Below are positions 24,181 through 37,148 of a stretch of DNA of 64,000 nucleotides, in pieces. Source of the DNA: Lama guanicoe. Its lineage: Eukaryota. The DNA is taken from contig MU053881.1 of NCBI GenBank assembly GCA_013239625.1, forward strand, positions 8,455,957 through 8,519,956, given 5' to 3'. Made by a program: the position numbers and the translations under genes. Position 1 is the first letter of the stretch; each line of letters opens with the position of its first letter. The notes under the pieces are model-generated. The model ran no database searches, had not been told where the DNA came from, and saw only the letters and a list, made by a program, of their open reading frames with translations.

Positions 24181-27100
24181 CATCCTGGAGGAACGACCTG
24201 GAGATGGCAGGTGAAGCAGGAGTTTTAAGCAGCATAGGTGGAGAGCTCACATTTGGAGGGCCCTGCAAGATGGTACCCACACAGACCACCACCCTGTCTG
24301 CTGGGTGGAATGTCGAGTAATATTTTGAGGAAACAAAGGCACTACAGAGGCTGCTTTTGGTCACAGAGTTGGGGCTGGTGGACCTGCTGGTCCAGACCAA
24401 CTTTTCCAAAAGCTGGAGGGTTTGGAAGACCCAGGTCCAGTGGGCCAGGGGTAGTCAGCCCCGCTCCCAGCCCCGCTCTGCCTTCTGTCTGCAAACAGTT
24501 TAACAAGGGGGGAAGAACGCAGTGCTCCTCCAGGCCTGTCACAGCAGACCAGGGGCTAAGTCCCGGCCTAGAGCAGCCACTCCCAGACTGCACGACCTTG
24601 GGGAATTGCTGGGACAGGTGCTCAGTAACTCGTGGAGGGCTGGTAACACCTGCTGTGGGGCTGTGCTGAACGCAAGGCCGCCTGGCTGTGACCAGGACCC
24701 ACAGAGCGGGAAGGGAGGCAGAAAACTTTTACAGGGAAGAGGAAAGGGGGCTCATGGAGCTTAGCGTTGGAATACATTTAAAACAAAACCAAACCCTCCC
24801 TGGATGTGTGAGGCACGAGATCCTGTCTACAGATTTCAGGAGGCTGGCTCAGAGACAGGTGAGCAGGGGGAGAACTGGGCAGGGGGTCCGACAACTAGGT
24901 GCCCAAGAGAACCTGCCCCTCTGTGACAGAATGACCTTGCAAGTCCCTGCAACGTAATTACGGGCCCTGGTCGTGAAAGGACTTTTAGAAATAAATCATT
25001 ATGTCCAGCCATCTCATTGGGGAGATGGAGAGAGTGAGGGGAAATGACCTGGTGATGGTCACTCAGTGGTAGAGTGGGGAGGAGAACCCACCTTGCTCCT
25101 CCATTTACCAGCTCTAGGACCTTGGGCACAGCGGCTGACCTCGCCGTGCCTCAGTCTTCTCTTCTGTAAAATGGAACGTGGCTGAGGCACGTTACCTATT
25201 ACAATCCTCAGACCCCTCGGGAACTCCTTTCTTCCCATGTCCCCAAGCAAAGAACCTAGACTGTAGTTTGGGGACCGGTCACCTCTAGCCCCATCCCAAC
25301 CAAATTCCTTCGAGGCCACATTCAGGAAGGCCCTCCTCGGGCCCTGTCCCAGGTGGAACACGCCCATCTTTCTGTGTGTTTCCCAAGTGGACCCTAACCA
25401 GACAACCACACCTCAGCCCTCCCCGACCCCAGCTCTCGGGAGGAAGCCTTTGCACTTCCTCCTTGGAGAAGCCCGTGTTTGTGATGGCCGTCACCCACCC
25501 CCAGCTAGCAAGCCGGCCAGGCTCCCCGCTGGCCGGCTGACATCGAGGTGGGATAAAGGCAGGCCTGTGCTCCCGGCCAAGCTCCCACCCCACCCCGGAA
25601 CTTGCTGAGAGGTGTGGCCCAGGAGCGGGACAATGCCGTGTGGCCCTCCCCTCTGCCAGCAGTGCCAGCAGCTCTTCCCCTCCGGCCGTGGATTAAAGGG
25701 GCCTGGGTAAGTGCCCAGGCGGAATAAAGCCTGCAAACATCCTGGGGACGTGCCCCTCCTTGGCAGGAAAATAGGAGCGAGGGTGAGGGAGACGGCTCGG
25801 GTCTCCCCCTGCCCCACCCCCACCACACACACAGAGTAGTCGCGTCCCCTCTGCTCAGGACCAGCTCTGCCACTGGGCAGCTGGGTGCCCAGCACACATC
25901 ACTTCACCCCTCGGTCTGCACCCCCCAACCTGTAGAACGTGGCCAACAGGAAGACCTATCTCACGTGGGTAAAAGAGCTCAGGCATGCCACGGGTTTGCA
26001 CCGTGCTCGGATACAGCAGGTGCTCAACACGCTCTCGTGCCAGGCATGTTGAACGAGTAAACCAGTCGCCTGAACACCACTCCTCTGACCTCACAGACCA
26101 GGTTAGATCCCAGCTTTGCTTCAAATGACTTACGATCCTTCCCTGTGGACAGTGACCTTCCCAAGGGCAGGCAGCAGGCCTGCTTAGATCACTGCAGTAT
26201 CCGCAGGGGACGGTGGACAGCATAACGCCTGGTGTGTACGGTGACAACGAACACACAGGGATTTGTTTTTTCAGACTGACTTTGCCTGGCAGTGACTTTG
26301 TGTCAAAATCTCCATCAGATTTCACCCAGGCTAATAAAGGAAATAGATCCCGACTTTCTTCAGCTCCCTGCCCTGACACTCGAGTGGAGGGTGGATGAGG
26401 GAAAATGAGGCCTGTGTTCAGATCAGGCCACAGGCAGACAGAACGGCAGACACAGGGTTTTCGTCCCATGTTAGCAGGGGCACAAAGAGGTCCCAACAGA
26501 CGGAGCAAAGACTTCACAGGACCTCTCTGTCCCCACCAGCATCTCAACAAAAGGTGTAAGGAAGGTCCTGGAGCAGCTGCTGGGATCTGGCACACAATTC
26601 CAGGCTCCCTCTCCAGCTGAGGCAAGGGTGAGCACTGGGGGAGGCAAATGGGAAGTTGGAACGGACCCCACCATGGTGAGCTGCATACGCAGTCCCCTAT
26701 GGAACTGCTTCTCCGCTGGGGGGCTGTGGCCCAAACTCATTAAATCCAGAATTCCCAGCATCCCAGGCCCCAGAAACAGCGCCCACCCACACAGTGGTCC
26801 AAAGCCATTGCAGCTACTTAGGGAGACCCTGGCCTTGGCCTCTGGGGAGGACCCCTGTCACTCGGGGGCTGGTCTGGTGGGTTAGCGGGGTATTGCGCAT
26901 GCCTGGGGGGTGATTTCAAAGGACCCCATCAGGAAAGGAAGGAGGACCTCGAATATAAGCCCAGAGTCACAGATTCAGAATAGTCTTCTTACCCTAGAGA
27001 AACAATGCCTGTTCCCGCACTGCTCAGCTCCCCCTGCCCTGCGTGCCCCCCACCCCTGCCCTGAGACTCCCAGGAGACCCTCAGAACGTTTGTCCAGTGC

Positions 27101-27853
27101 CCCCAAATCAGAGGGGAAGCATCTGGGGACTGGGGGAGACACCCTGCCTGACTTAACCTCAAGGCTCTTACTCAAATCACTTTATGAGGACCCAAGCATG
27201 CACTGTCACATTAAAAAGCAAGGCACATTTGGCAATCATTTCTAAACTACCCCCAATTTATGGAACAATCACTCAAAAAGCGTAGCAAACTTAGGCCCTG
27301 GGAGGTCCCCAGCTTTTACTTTTTAACTAATTCTAACTAGTCACGCAGGTTTCTCAGCAGTGGCTCAGCTGCATGCCTTTGCTCAGGGCTAACCAGGAGA
27401 TGTTCCTGAGTATCCTGCGCGCGTTTATCCTCCCAACAAGGATTTCAGGCATGTCTACCAAGTGCAAGGTGTGTGCGGTCTCTTTTGCAGGTTTTGCACT
27501 TCCGAAATACAGGTTCCTAGCCCAACTCCAGACCTGCTGACGCCGGTCTGTGGGCTTGCACTTCCCAGGCCCTTTTCCTCGCTGCTTCTTCACATCAGAT
27601 ACAAGGGACCTGATTCATTTCAGGGAGCAGGTTGCTCCAGGCAGCTGGAGATCCCGGCTGCAGCATCCTGGTCCAATGCCCTTGAAGGTGTGTGCCCCTC
27701 TTCGCCATGGGATCTGTTAAGAAACGGGTCAGTCATTTCTCCCTGCCATGTGGTGTGGGGTAGAGCCTCTCACACCACACAAAGGCCTGAATGCTGGCAA
27801 GACTCTTGTCCTCAAACTTTTAGGTGGTTCTCCTTCTTGCTGTAACTTTATTT

Positions 27854-28010
27854 TTATGTTATTTATTTTTTTTACATTTTTTATTGAGTTATAGTCATTT
27901 TACAATGTTGTGTGTCAAATTCCAGTGTAGAGCACAATTTTTCAGTTATACATGAACATACATATATTCATTGTCATCTTTTTTTTTTTTTTTTTTTTCT
28001 CTGTGCGCTA
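27854..28010 (-). mobile_element. Short 5'-truncated L1 3' end with TSD
   Basis: ttttattgagttatagtcattttacaatgttgtg...ttctctgtgcgcta. TSD CTGTAACTTTATTT (27840-27853) / CTGTAACCTTATTT (28011-28024). Confidence 0.88.
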
Positions 28011-28694
28011 CTGTAACCTTATTTATTTTAGACCCTGAACTTGGATGTAGGGTGTCACTAATGTTGTGAACCACAGCTCTGCAGAAAAACTGGGCCACAG
28101 AAGAGTTACAAATTCTGGTGAAAAGTACAAACAACAACACTTGGTAATAATAATGATAATAACAAGAACAATGAACACCTACTAAGGGTACTATGAGGGC
28201 TAAATGAAAGCTCAGTAGATGCCTGGCCTCTGAAGGATGCATGATCTACCGGCCCTACCCTGGAGGGCTTGCACGGGCAAGCCTGCTTGCCCTTCCCTCC
28301 ATCTCTGCCTGGTTGGCACCTCTGCACCCTGCAGACCTCAGCCCAAGCCCTGCTGACATGGCCCAGGGCCCACCAGCCCACCTACCAGAACCTGTAACTC
28401 TGCTGCTACAGCTGTCACACTGGTTGTTTTGTGTGTCTGATGGCCCTGTGGTCTCCCAGGAAGATTCATAAGGGCAGGGACATGTCTGCTTTGCTCTCCT
28501 GGTCTCTCCGACTCCTTCCACAGCAGTTGCTACACAGGAAGCTCCCAAGAGAGCACGGACTCTGGGACTGGAGCGCCTGAGTTCTGGCCACAGCTCTGTC
28601 ACACGCTAGCTGTGGGACCTGGGCATGGAACCTCACCTTTCCCTGCCTCAGTCTCCTTACTTGTGAAACAAGGGTAAGAGTACTGTCTACCAGG

Positions 28695-29250
28695 TGCCCA
28701 AGAGAAATGAGAACCTATCCACACCCCAAAGCTTGTAAATCAATGTTTGGAGCAGCATTATTCATAACAGACAAAGAGTAGAAATAACCCAAATATCCAT
28801 CAATGGATGAGTGGATAAACAAAATGGGGTAAATCCATAAAGTGGAATATTACTTGGCAATAAAAAAGGAATTAGGTACTGACACAGTGGAAGTCATGAC
28901 ATCATGGATGTACCTTGAAAACTTTATATTCAGTGAAAGAAGCCAGATACAAAAAGCCACATAACGTATGGTTTCATTCATATGAAATGTCCAAAACAGA
29001 TAAACCTATAGAGACAGAAAGTAGGTTAGTGGCTGCCTCGGGCTAGGGGTGGGGATGGGAAGAGACTGAGGGGGTGACAGTTAAGGGGAGCTGGGTTTCT
29101 TTTTTGCAGTGATAAAACATTCTAAAAGTGACTATGCGATGGTTGCAAAACTCCATGAACATGCTAAAAATCATTACATTGTGTATTTTAAATGGGTGAA
29201 TTGTATGGTCTTTAAATTATATCTCAATAAAGCTGTTTTTACAAAAAAAT
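28695..29250 (+). mobile_element. L1MB/L1MC-type 3' end inserted into a MIR
   Basis: gcagcattattcataacag...aaataacccaaatatccatcaatggatgagtggataaacaaaat...gtgaaagaagccagatacaaaaagccaca...aattatatctcaataaagctg. MIR halves on both sides (about 28555-28690 and 29250-29340). Confidence 0.92.
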
Positions 29251-29344
29251 CATAGTACCCATCTCCTAGAATTGTTATAAGGATTAAATATTATTTGCCA
29301 AAGTGTTTATCTAAACTACGTAATAACTAGCTCATTAAACCTTG

Positions 29345-29520
29345 ACTACTCGCTGGACATTCTGCTAAGCACTTCACAAACAGAACATTATTTCAGCCAC
29401 ATAGCCCGCGGAGGGAAGTACTCACCCACTTTACAGATGAGGAAACTGAGGCTCTCAGAGAGTAAGTAGCTTGCCTAAGGGGATATGGCTGGTAAGTGGC
29501 AGAAGCAGGCAAAACCCGTG
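29345..29520 (-). mobile_element. MIR SINE
   Basis: tgctaagcacttcaca...cccactttacagatgaggaaactgaggctctcagagagtaagtagcttgcctaagg. Confidence 0.85.
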
Positions 29521-29889
29521 CTGAACCACCAGAGACGGACAGAACAATGTTCCCCAAACCTTGGGGCTCCCTGGGCTTGTAGTGGGAACCACTTGGCAAA
29601 AACAAACGACATCCTAGCTCACATCAAATAAGATCCCCACCTCCCCCACCCTCCACCCCGACCCTAAGAGCTGTCAGCTGGCATTCTTTCTCACTAGGCG
29701 GCTAGTTGTCCCCAGATCCGAGGCGTCTCTGCTCTGGGGGAATCTGGTGTCTTCCAGCAGCCCAGCTGATGTGCTCTGCTTCTCCCCACTCAAAGCATCT
29801 TCGATCGGGGGACTCTGGGGTCCTCACACCTGCAGGGGGTCGGGGCTTCTCTGGAATCCCTGGTCCCTACAATGGCTAGGACTCGTTTC

Positions 29890-30730
29890 TTAGCACCTCT
29901 CAGCACCCCTTCCAAATCATACTTTTTAAATCTTAAAAAAAAATTAAACAAGGTCCTGCCACGTCTCTGTTAAAGGCTTCCCAGTGTCTTCTCACTACGT
30001 TCAGAACAAAACCCACACTATTCCCCAGGCCTGAAGACCCCTCATGTCAGGCTCTCCGACCTCCTTCAGCTCCTTCCCACCAATTCTTCCAAGGCCCCCT
30101 CCACGGCAGCCACCCGGCACAGTCTGCGTCATGCTGGGAAATCGCTCCTCCTCGCTCCACGTGGCTGGCTCCTGGGTTTTCAGATCCCAGTTTAACTGTC
30201 ACCTTCCCAGAGAAGTCTTACTGACTAAGCCATCCTAATTAGGTCCCCCTAGCTTATTCTCCACCAGGGCACCATTTTCTTTCCCTTATGGAACTTAACG
30301 ACAACAGGCAATTTTATGTTTATTTCTTTTTTTTAGTCATTTAGTTTCTGCCCCCCTTATCCCCATATGATGCACACTAGACTACAAGACCCACATGAGT
30401 GAGGACCAGATCTGTCTTGTCCATCACCAGGCCTGCACTGTGGGTGCTTAACACAGATTTCAGGGTGTCCCGACCTTGACCTTCACCATGAGCCCCTGCC
30501 GCCGGACATCTGGGGCCAGGTAACTCTTCGTTGCAGGGGAGCTGTACTGTGCACTGCAGAATGTTAAGCAGCATCCCTGGTTCCTGATCATTAGATGCAC
30601 CTCCCAGTTGTGACAACCAAAAATGTCTCCAGACATTGCCAAATGCCCCCTAGGGCGGGAGTGGGTGGGAAAAGAGTTGACAAAATCTTCCCCAGTGACA
30701 AACCACTGATGTATCTGTTGAAAGAGTAAG
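29890..30730 (+). mobile_element. LINE-2 3' fragment, interrupted by MER20
   Basis: aaggcttcccagtgtcttctc, ttcagatcccagtttaactgtcaccttcccagagaag, cactagactacaagacccacatgag. The L2 tail resumes after 30708 (atgtatctgttgaa). Confidence 0.7.
30461..30708. mobile_element. MER20 (hAT-Charlie)
   Basis: gtgcactgcagaatgttaagcagcatccctgg...cccagttgtgacaaccaaaaatgtctccagacattgccaaatgcccc; termini cagggtg / aaccactg. Confidence 0.9.
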
Positions 30731-32484
30731 TCAAAAGTAAAGGGAAAAAATAGCTCATCGCAAGAGTGGGGCGTATGGATATTAAGCAGGCTGTCCCCCT
30801 ACACATGTCAGAGTGGGAGAGGGAGGAAGTTACAAGCTCGGGTCTTCACAGGACCCCAACGATTCTGCCACCATCAGCTGGTGTAGATGGTTGGGGGGCA
30901 GATAAGGGAGTATGAGGCAATGCTCCCTTTTCTTAGAATGCCATCCCAAACTTCACACAACTCAAGATTATCTAACGGGGTGCCAATTCCCAACTGCGGT
31001 CATGGCATGTTAGAAATGCCGTGTGCTCTGCAATCGTGATGATGAATGATGGCTATATTAGTTGAGTACATCCACCACGCTGTGTAACACTAGGACCTGA
31101 GGTGGGCGTCATCGCCGTCCCAACGCGCCGGAGAGACTAAAGCACAGAGAGGTTTGGTATCTTGTCTCCCAGGCACAAGTTGCGAAGAGAAGGTGCGGGG
31201 ATTTGAGCCCATCTGGTTTAAATGCAGCTGTCTTGTAATAGCCACTAATTGACATGGATTTCGCAGCAAGTCAGAACACTCGCCATACCACTACGGTGAT
31301 GAATTTCATCTTTACTCCCTACAGTGAAGCCAGTGTCTAAACTCACCAGAAGGGTGTTGTTCTAGCTCAGCTCCTTCTGACTTGGGGCCCTGAGCAGGTG
31401 GGAGATCAAAGTATTGCTTTTCAAAATGAGAACGTGCCCTGGCTCTTCTATTGCACCCAAAATTATAGAAGCAGAGATGGCTGACCACACTGGAGAGACC
31501 TTTGGAAGTCACCTACTGCTGGGGATCTCAAGCAGGGTTCTGTCTGAGGCGATGTGGGTCACCCGAGACCCACGTGACCAGGCAGGCTGGCCGCAGCAGG
31601 AAAGGGAGGCAAAGGCAGGGTTCTCACGCCAGGGGTCAGTGCAAGATTCCACTGGGAGAAATGGCTCCATGGCTAAAAAAAACATGTGAAAACCCCTGAT
31701 AAGAGTCCAGTGCCCTTGTTATAGCTGAGGAAACCGAGGACCAGAGAGGAGAAGTGATTCGCTCTAAGCAACACAGCCTTCCCAGTTCCCCTGCGGGAAG
31801 GAAATCAAAGGCTTTGCAGGTGGATGGAACAGTGTTTGAATCCGGGTCCTGTCCCTTAATTAAGTTCTTTCACTTAAGGGTGTGTTGGGAGGACCAGATC
31901 ACATGAAGCATGCAAAGTGCTTAGCACATTTCCTGGGAGCATAACAGATGCTCACTAACCACCTGCTATTCTCTCAGCCCATTTTTGACTTTGGTGGCAC
32001 CTCATTTGGGGAACTGCTGCTGAGATGGCCCTGCTCCCTCAGGAAGCATGCCGCAGCACCCTCGGCTCTTCCAGGGCCGTGCGATGCCAAGGAATCCTGG
32101 AGGGCGCACCTGTCCCAGTAAGAAGCAGGTCTGGGTGATGAGGGGAGCGTGCCTTAGACGCTCCCACCTCGAAGCTCCCTCAGAAAGAATGTGTTGCATG
32201 ATTACCCCTTTTATCTCGATGTTTTTCAGAGAAGGGGGTGAAAAATAAAGGCCAGAACTTCAAGGTCAGGTTCACTTCCCTGCAGGCTCCTCCTGGGCTG
32301 AAATGAAATTTCAAGAATGCAGCCTCTGGGCTGCCGTTTACATTCTCACCCTCTCTGGTATCCAGGAGACCAGAGGGACCTGTCGCATTCCATGCCACCA
32401 ATCAGCCTCCTCCGCGGCATCCTGCTGGGGGCAGGGCCTGCCACTGGCTCTTGGGAGAAGCATCACTGCTTAGCAGGAGGATCC

Positions 32485-33110
32485 GCAATTCATTCATTTG
32501 TCCAACAGATATGCTCAGAGCTGACTGGATCCAGGCGCTGGGGATACAGTTTGATGGAAAACAGCCCGAGCCCCCGCTCTTGGGAGGCTCGCAGTGCTGC
32601 AGAGAAGACGGTCATGCGAATAACGTGAGCAGTTCTGCAAAGCAGCAGCTCACAGAGGCGTGAGCCTGTCTTCCGGGTGGGTCTGAACAACTCAGCAGTA
32701 TGAGAGAAGGCTCCCTAGAGTAAGTGCTGATTAAGTTCAGGGCCGAAGGGTAAGTAGGCGTTAATAGGTGAAGAGGGGAGAGAAGAAGATCCACGTAGAG
32801 GCACTGGCCTTTGCAAATGCATAAAACTGCCATGCGTTGCAGACCTGTGGTCAGAGTACAGTTGGGGGGTGGAGAGGGAAGGATGGGTCAGGAGAGGCCA
32901 AATCAGGCACTTATGTCCCACGTGCCACGCTAGAGCACCCAAGTGTTCCTAAGGCAAGGGTGGCCCGATCAGACTGATTTTCTCTAAGAACCTTGTACCT
33001 TGGAGAGGGGAGTGAGGAGAGAAAAAGTAGGTCTATCAGTTAGGGAACTTCAGTAGCAGCGTCAAAGTCCTCAAAATGAGGGATCTGGGCTGATGGTGGA
33101 GGGTGGGGAG
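32485..33110 (-). mobile_element. LINE-2 3' fragment
   Basis: attcattcatttgtccaacagatatgctcagag...ccaggcgctggggatacag...gagaaggctccctagag. Confidence 0.65.
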
Positions 33111-33927
33111 CTGTGCAGGTGGAGCCTGGGTGGGCTGCCCTCCTTCCACACATCCCTCTCCTGGCAGACCTGGCAGCCACGGCAGCCACACCAGCAGTGA
33201 GCGAACTCGGCATTTCTAGACGGACATCACTTCTGAGCAGCCTCTCTGGGTTGCAAGGGTCTCAGAGGGGCTACCCATCATCTGACAAACCTACACTTGG
33301 CCTTGCATCAGGATCACTCCACTTTTTCCCCACGGTGGGATGCACAGCATCGAGGGCATGTAAAGGCGGTAAAGAGATTGTCAAGAATTGTAACGACACA
33401 CACGTTTTCAGGCACCTCTAGTATTAAAGGGGCGCTCCCTCCAGCTCCAGAAGGGAGAGGAGGGTTTGTAGAAGCTTGTTGGATGCTATACACACAGGAG
33501 AGGTACTCAAAAAACATTCTGAGGCAGGAATTGGGAGAGAGAAAGGGGAAGGCGACAAGACAGTCAACTGGTTGGTTAGTGATTTCTCTGAAACCCCAAT
33601 GAGCCTCGGGGAATTCTTGGTCTCATGAACAAGGAGATGCTGGCTGGTTTTCAGCCAGGTTAGATGGAGATCCAAACCTGGCTGTCCAGCCCCTGGAGTC
33701 GCATCCCCAGAGATTGGAAGTTCAGGAGGTCAGAAATGGGGCTTGAGACACTAAAGGTACCTCCACTCAATTTCTAAAATACAAGTTAAAAAATCAGATA
33801 AAAAATAATAAAGTCAGAAAAAAAGAAAAAACCCAAAACAAACCACTTGCAAATACAGGCAGCAAAAACTTTCCCCTCCTTACCCATCGATACAAGCCCC
33901 TCAAATAACAAGAAAGTTAAGATTTCC

Positions 33928-34320
33928 GTCTCAGTTGTGTGTGGAATCTAAAAAGAAAAAAAGCTCATGGAAACTGAGAACAGACTGGCAGTTGCCTGGG
34001 GAGGGGAGCTGAATTGGGTAAAGAGGGTCAAAAGGTACAAACTTCCAGTAATAAAATAAGTCAGTCATAGGGATGTAATATACAGCATGGTGACTGTAGT
34101 TAGTAATACTGTATTGTGTGTTTGGAAGTTGCAAAGAAAGGAGATCTTCAAAGACTTCATCACAAGGAAAATAAAACTTGTAACTCTGTATGGGGATAGA
34201 CGCTAACCAGGCTTACTGCGATGATCATTTCACAAGATAAACAAATGTCAGATCACTATATTGTACACCTGAAACGAACATAATGTTATATGTCAATTAT
34301 CTTCAATTGAAAAAAAAAAA
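33928..34320 (+). mobile_element. L1MA-type 3' end with poly(A)
   Basis: gtggaatctaaaa...ggtcaaaaggtacaaacttccagtaataaaataagt...gttatatgtcaattatcttcaattg(a)n. Confidence 0.92.
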
Positions 34321-35838
34321 AGATTTTCTGCGTGTCCTTCCAGAAACACTTTCACGGACACATCAGCACGTGTTTGCACTCAGACACACACACACACATG
34401 TCCACAGACACACACGTCCACACGATTTCATCAAACCCAAGAAAGCAAGCCTCATTTACAAAAGTTTTATGATATATACAACAAAGAAAGAATAACACTG
34501 CCAATAAATTATGGCCCCATGCTTTATCTTAGAATATTTACTTTATATGAGTTGAAAAAGCTCATTTAGGCTTATTCAGACATAGACTTAATTATATGGC
34601 TCTCTTTTCCACATACGAAAAGAAAAAGAAAATGCACTTAGCTCAGGCGTTGGTAAGACTACACCCCTCCTCAGTTCTGAGTCACGTGCACCTGCGGGGT
34701 CCTCACAGCGCCATTCTTTGTGCCACTGAGCGCTTGGGCAGTGATTCTGGAAAGGGACCTCAGATAATGCCTCTAGCTTATTTCCAAGCTGCTGAAAATT
34801 ACTTTGAGTTTGGATTCTGGGGCATTCTTGACTTTCCCAGAAGATGTCAAAGACCAGACACCTAGAACAAAGATCTGTTTTAAATGGTTCAGGATTGAAA
34901 CACAGAAGCGTCAAGGTACCAGTGATGCGAGCAGGAACACCAGAGTTTGTGCGGGTGTTGGCAAGGACTATGCCAACAGCATTTCTAAGATTTAGCCCCA
35001 ATTTGAAGGTGTTGATGTGTTAACATTTGAAGATGTGAACGCTTTGTCTTTGAAAAGCAAAGAAACAAGTTCATCTTAAAACTACACTCCTTAAAATTAC
35101 ACTCCGGTGTATACGCAATCTCCCTCCGTTGATATGGAGTCGCAAACTCAAATCACAACATGAGCCAAGCAGGCAATTGAGTGACGTGGAAAAGGTGAGG
35201 CTGTAGGAACACCCAGTGGTTCCAAAGCAGTGATGCTCAAAGGGTGATCCTGGGCCAGCAGCTATTTTAATTCTGCATGAGCCAAATATTTCTGTGGGAT
35301 GCAGAATCCTTTAGAGCCCCTCTGTAAGACTCTACTACATATGAATATAATGCTTTTAAACCCATTTTAAAAAACATAAAACATACTGTTCTGAATCTTG
35401 TTGTCTGCTTAATCATAGATCTTGGAGTTCTTGCCATGTCAGCACCTGGGGCTCTTCCGCACTTGGTTAACTGCCCACACGGCACTCCGTTGGGTGGATG
35501 CCCCCCAAATTACCTCCGCAGCTCCCAGTGTGAGACATTTCGGCTGTTTCCTGGTTGTGTTGCTCTCACACTCAAGGCTGAGTGAGGACATGGCAAAGCT
35601 GCTGCTTGAAGCATGACCCCCCGCCCAGGGTGGGAGGGGGATTCTGATGGCCCTAAACTGGGGATCGGCTGTGAGTCACCCAGCTTACTTCTTGGCAGCT
35701 CTGCCTTGAGGTCGGTTTGAGGCTCTGGGGAGGCGGGGAGGGTTTGGCTGTACAGGATTCTGGATGCACCAGCTGCTTCTTATAGTCAGCGGTTCTAGGG
35801 AAGAGGATGGTGACAAGGGTCCAACTCTATCCTTATCT

Positions 35839-36285
35839 TGTGAAGGAAAAGCCGGGCTGGTCTAACAAGATAACTCACAAGTCTAGGTATTGGAATACTG
35901 ATCTGAGTTCTGCTAGACTAACTTGTAAATCCAGGTTAATTAGTGTTGGTTTGCTGTTCATGTGTTTTTGCTAGCCAGCTGGATTTTATTGCTGTTCATT
36001 TTGCTAGCCAGCTGGATTTTCAAAGATACATACCTGGCTTTGGAATGTTGGTTTGCTGCCTCCCTGCCTCCACTTTTGTGATAATGATGCTGCTAAAGCT
36101 GTTCCATGCCTATTGGCTAAATACCCCAAGCTTGTACTTTACCCTATAAAACCTCAGGCGGACGTCTTGGAGGTGCTCAGAGCTTCGGAGCAGAAGCCCC
36201 TCTGAGCCCGCCGGCGTAATACATCTGAGTACTCCAACCCTCCAAGTGGTGCTTGTTTCTTGGCTGGCCTGTCATTTCCGTAACA
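35839..36285 (+). mobile_element. Solo LTR, ERV1 (gammaretrovirus-like), 447 bp
   Basis: TG...CA termini (TGTGAAGGAAA / TTTCCGTAACA) and a 4-bp TSD ATCT at 35835-35838 and 36286-36289. Reverse CCAAT 36112-36116, TATAAAA 36145-36151, poly(A)-signal variant AATACA 36218-36223, U3 tandem duplication. Confidence 0.9.
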
Positions 36286-37006
36286 ATCTCCCTCTTACTG
36301 AATTGCACAGCCTTGTGGTCCCCAAACTCAGACGCAGCCTGCCACAGTCCCAACAACCTCCCTGCATCCTTCTCCCTGCTCCCCGTCCCTCTCCCTCCCC
36401 TCCCCGTTTCCTCTTCCTCCCTAGAGGAAAAGAAGAAAGAGAAAAGGCAAAAGGGGCCTCAGGGAGTGAGTGTCTGTAGAAGTTAAGGGAGGTCTTCGCT
36501 TCATTACCCCAGGACCCCCTCCCACTGAGTCCTCCTTGTCCGGTACATTCCATCCACGCAGGGTGGGCTGTGTACAGGTGGGGAGAACAGAATGATTACC
36601 TGATGCTGTGATGAGCATCTACCATCCCAATAAACCCTCGCCATTCTCCAAGTGCCGACCGTTCTCCATTTTATTGATAGGAAAACTGAGTCTAGGAGAA
36701 GGTGAATGCCTTTGCACAAGTTATGCAATTCACATGTGGCCTCCCTTCACACAACATCCCAGTTTTTCAAGGGTTTCTTCCAAGGGGGTGTTTCCTGGGC
36801 AGCAAATCGAAACTCAGAAGTCTTTTTCCTGGAGAGTGTGGGTCTCAGGCCGATCCCTAAGATCCTCCTATTCAATGTATTACATCCCTGGGTGCGATGA
36901 AGGGGATCTGGCTGGGGGTGGCAGGAAATTTGAGACTTCTTTTAGTAATCATTCAAAGAATTTACACCTTAACCAAAGCCATAGCTATTAACAAACATTG
37001 CTTTAT

Positions 37007-37148
37007 GGGGGAGGGTATAGCTCAAGCTGTAGAGTGCATGCTTAGCATGCACGAGGTCCTGGGTTCAATTCCAGTACCTCCTCCAAGTATAAATAAATAA
37101 GCCCAATTACCTCCCCTCATAAAAAAAAAAGGAGGAAAACAAACAAAA
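37007..37148 (+). mobile_element. tRNA-Ala-derived SINE (camelid Vic-1-like)
   Basis: gggggagggtatagctcaagctgtagagtgcatgcttagcatgcacgaggtcctgggttcaattccagtacc plus A tail. Perfect 14-bp TSD AAACATTGCTTTAT at 36993-37006 and 37149-37162. Confidence 0.93.

Noticed and set aside
25855..26625. 256-aa minus-strand ORF
   Set aside because: No recognisable protein similarity or convincing exon structure; expected by chance in GC-rich DNA.
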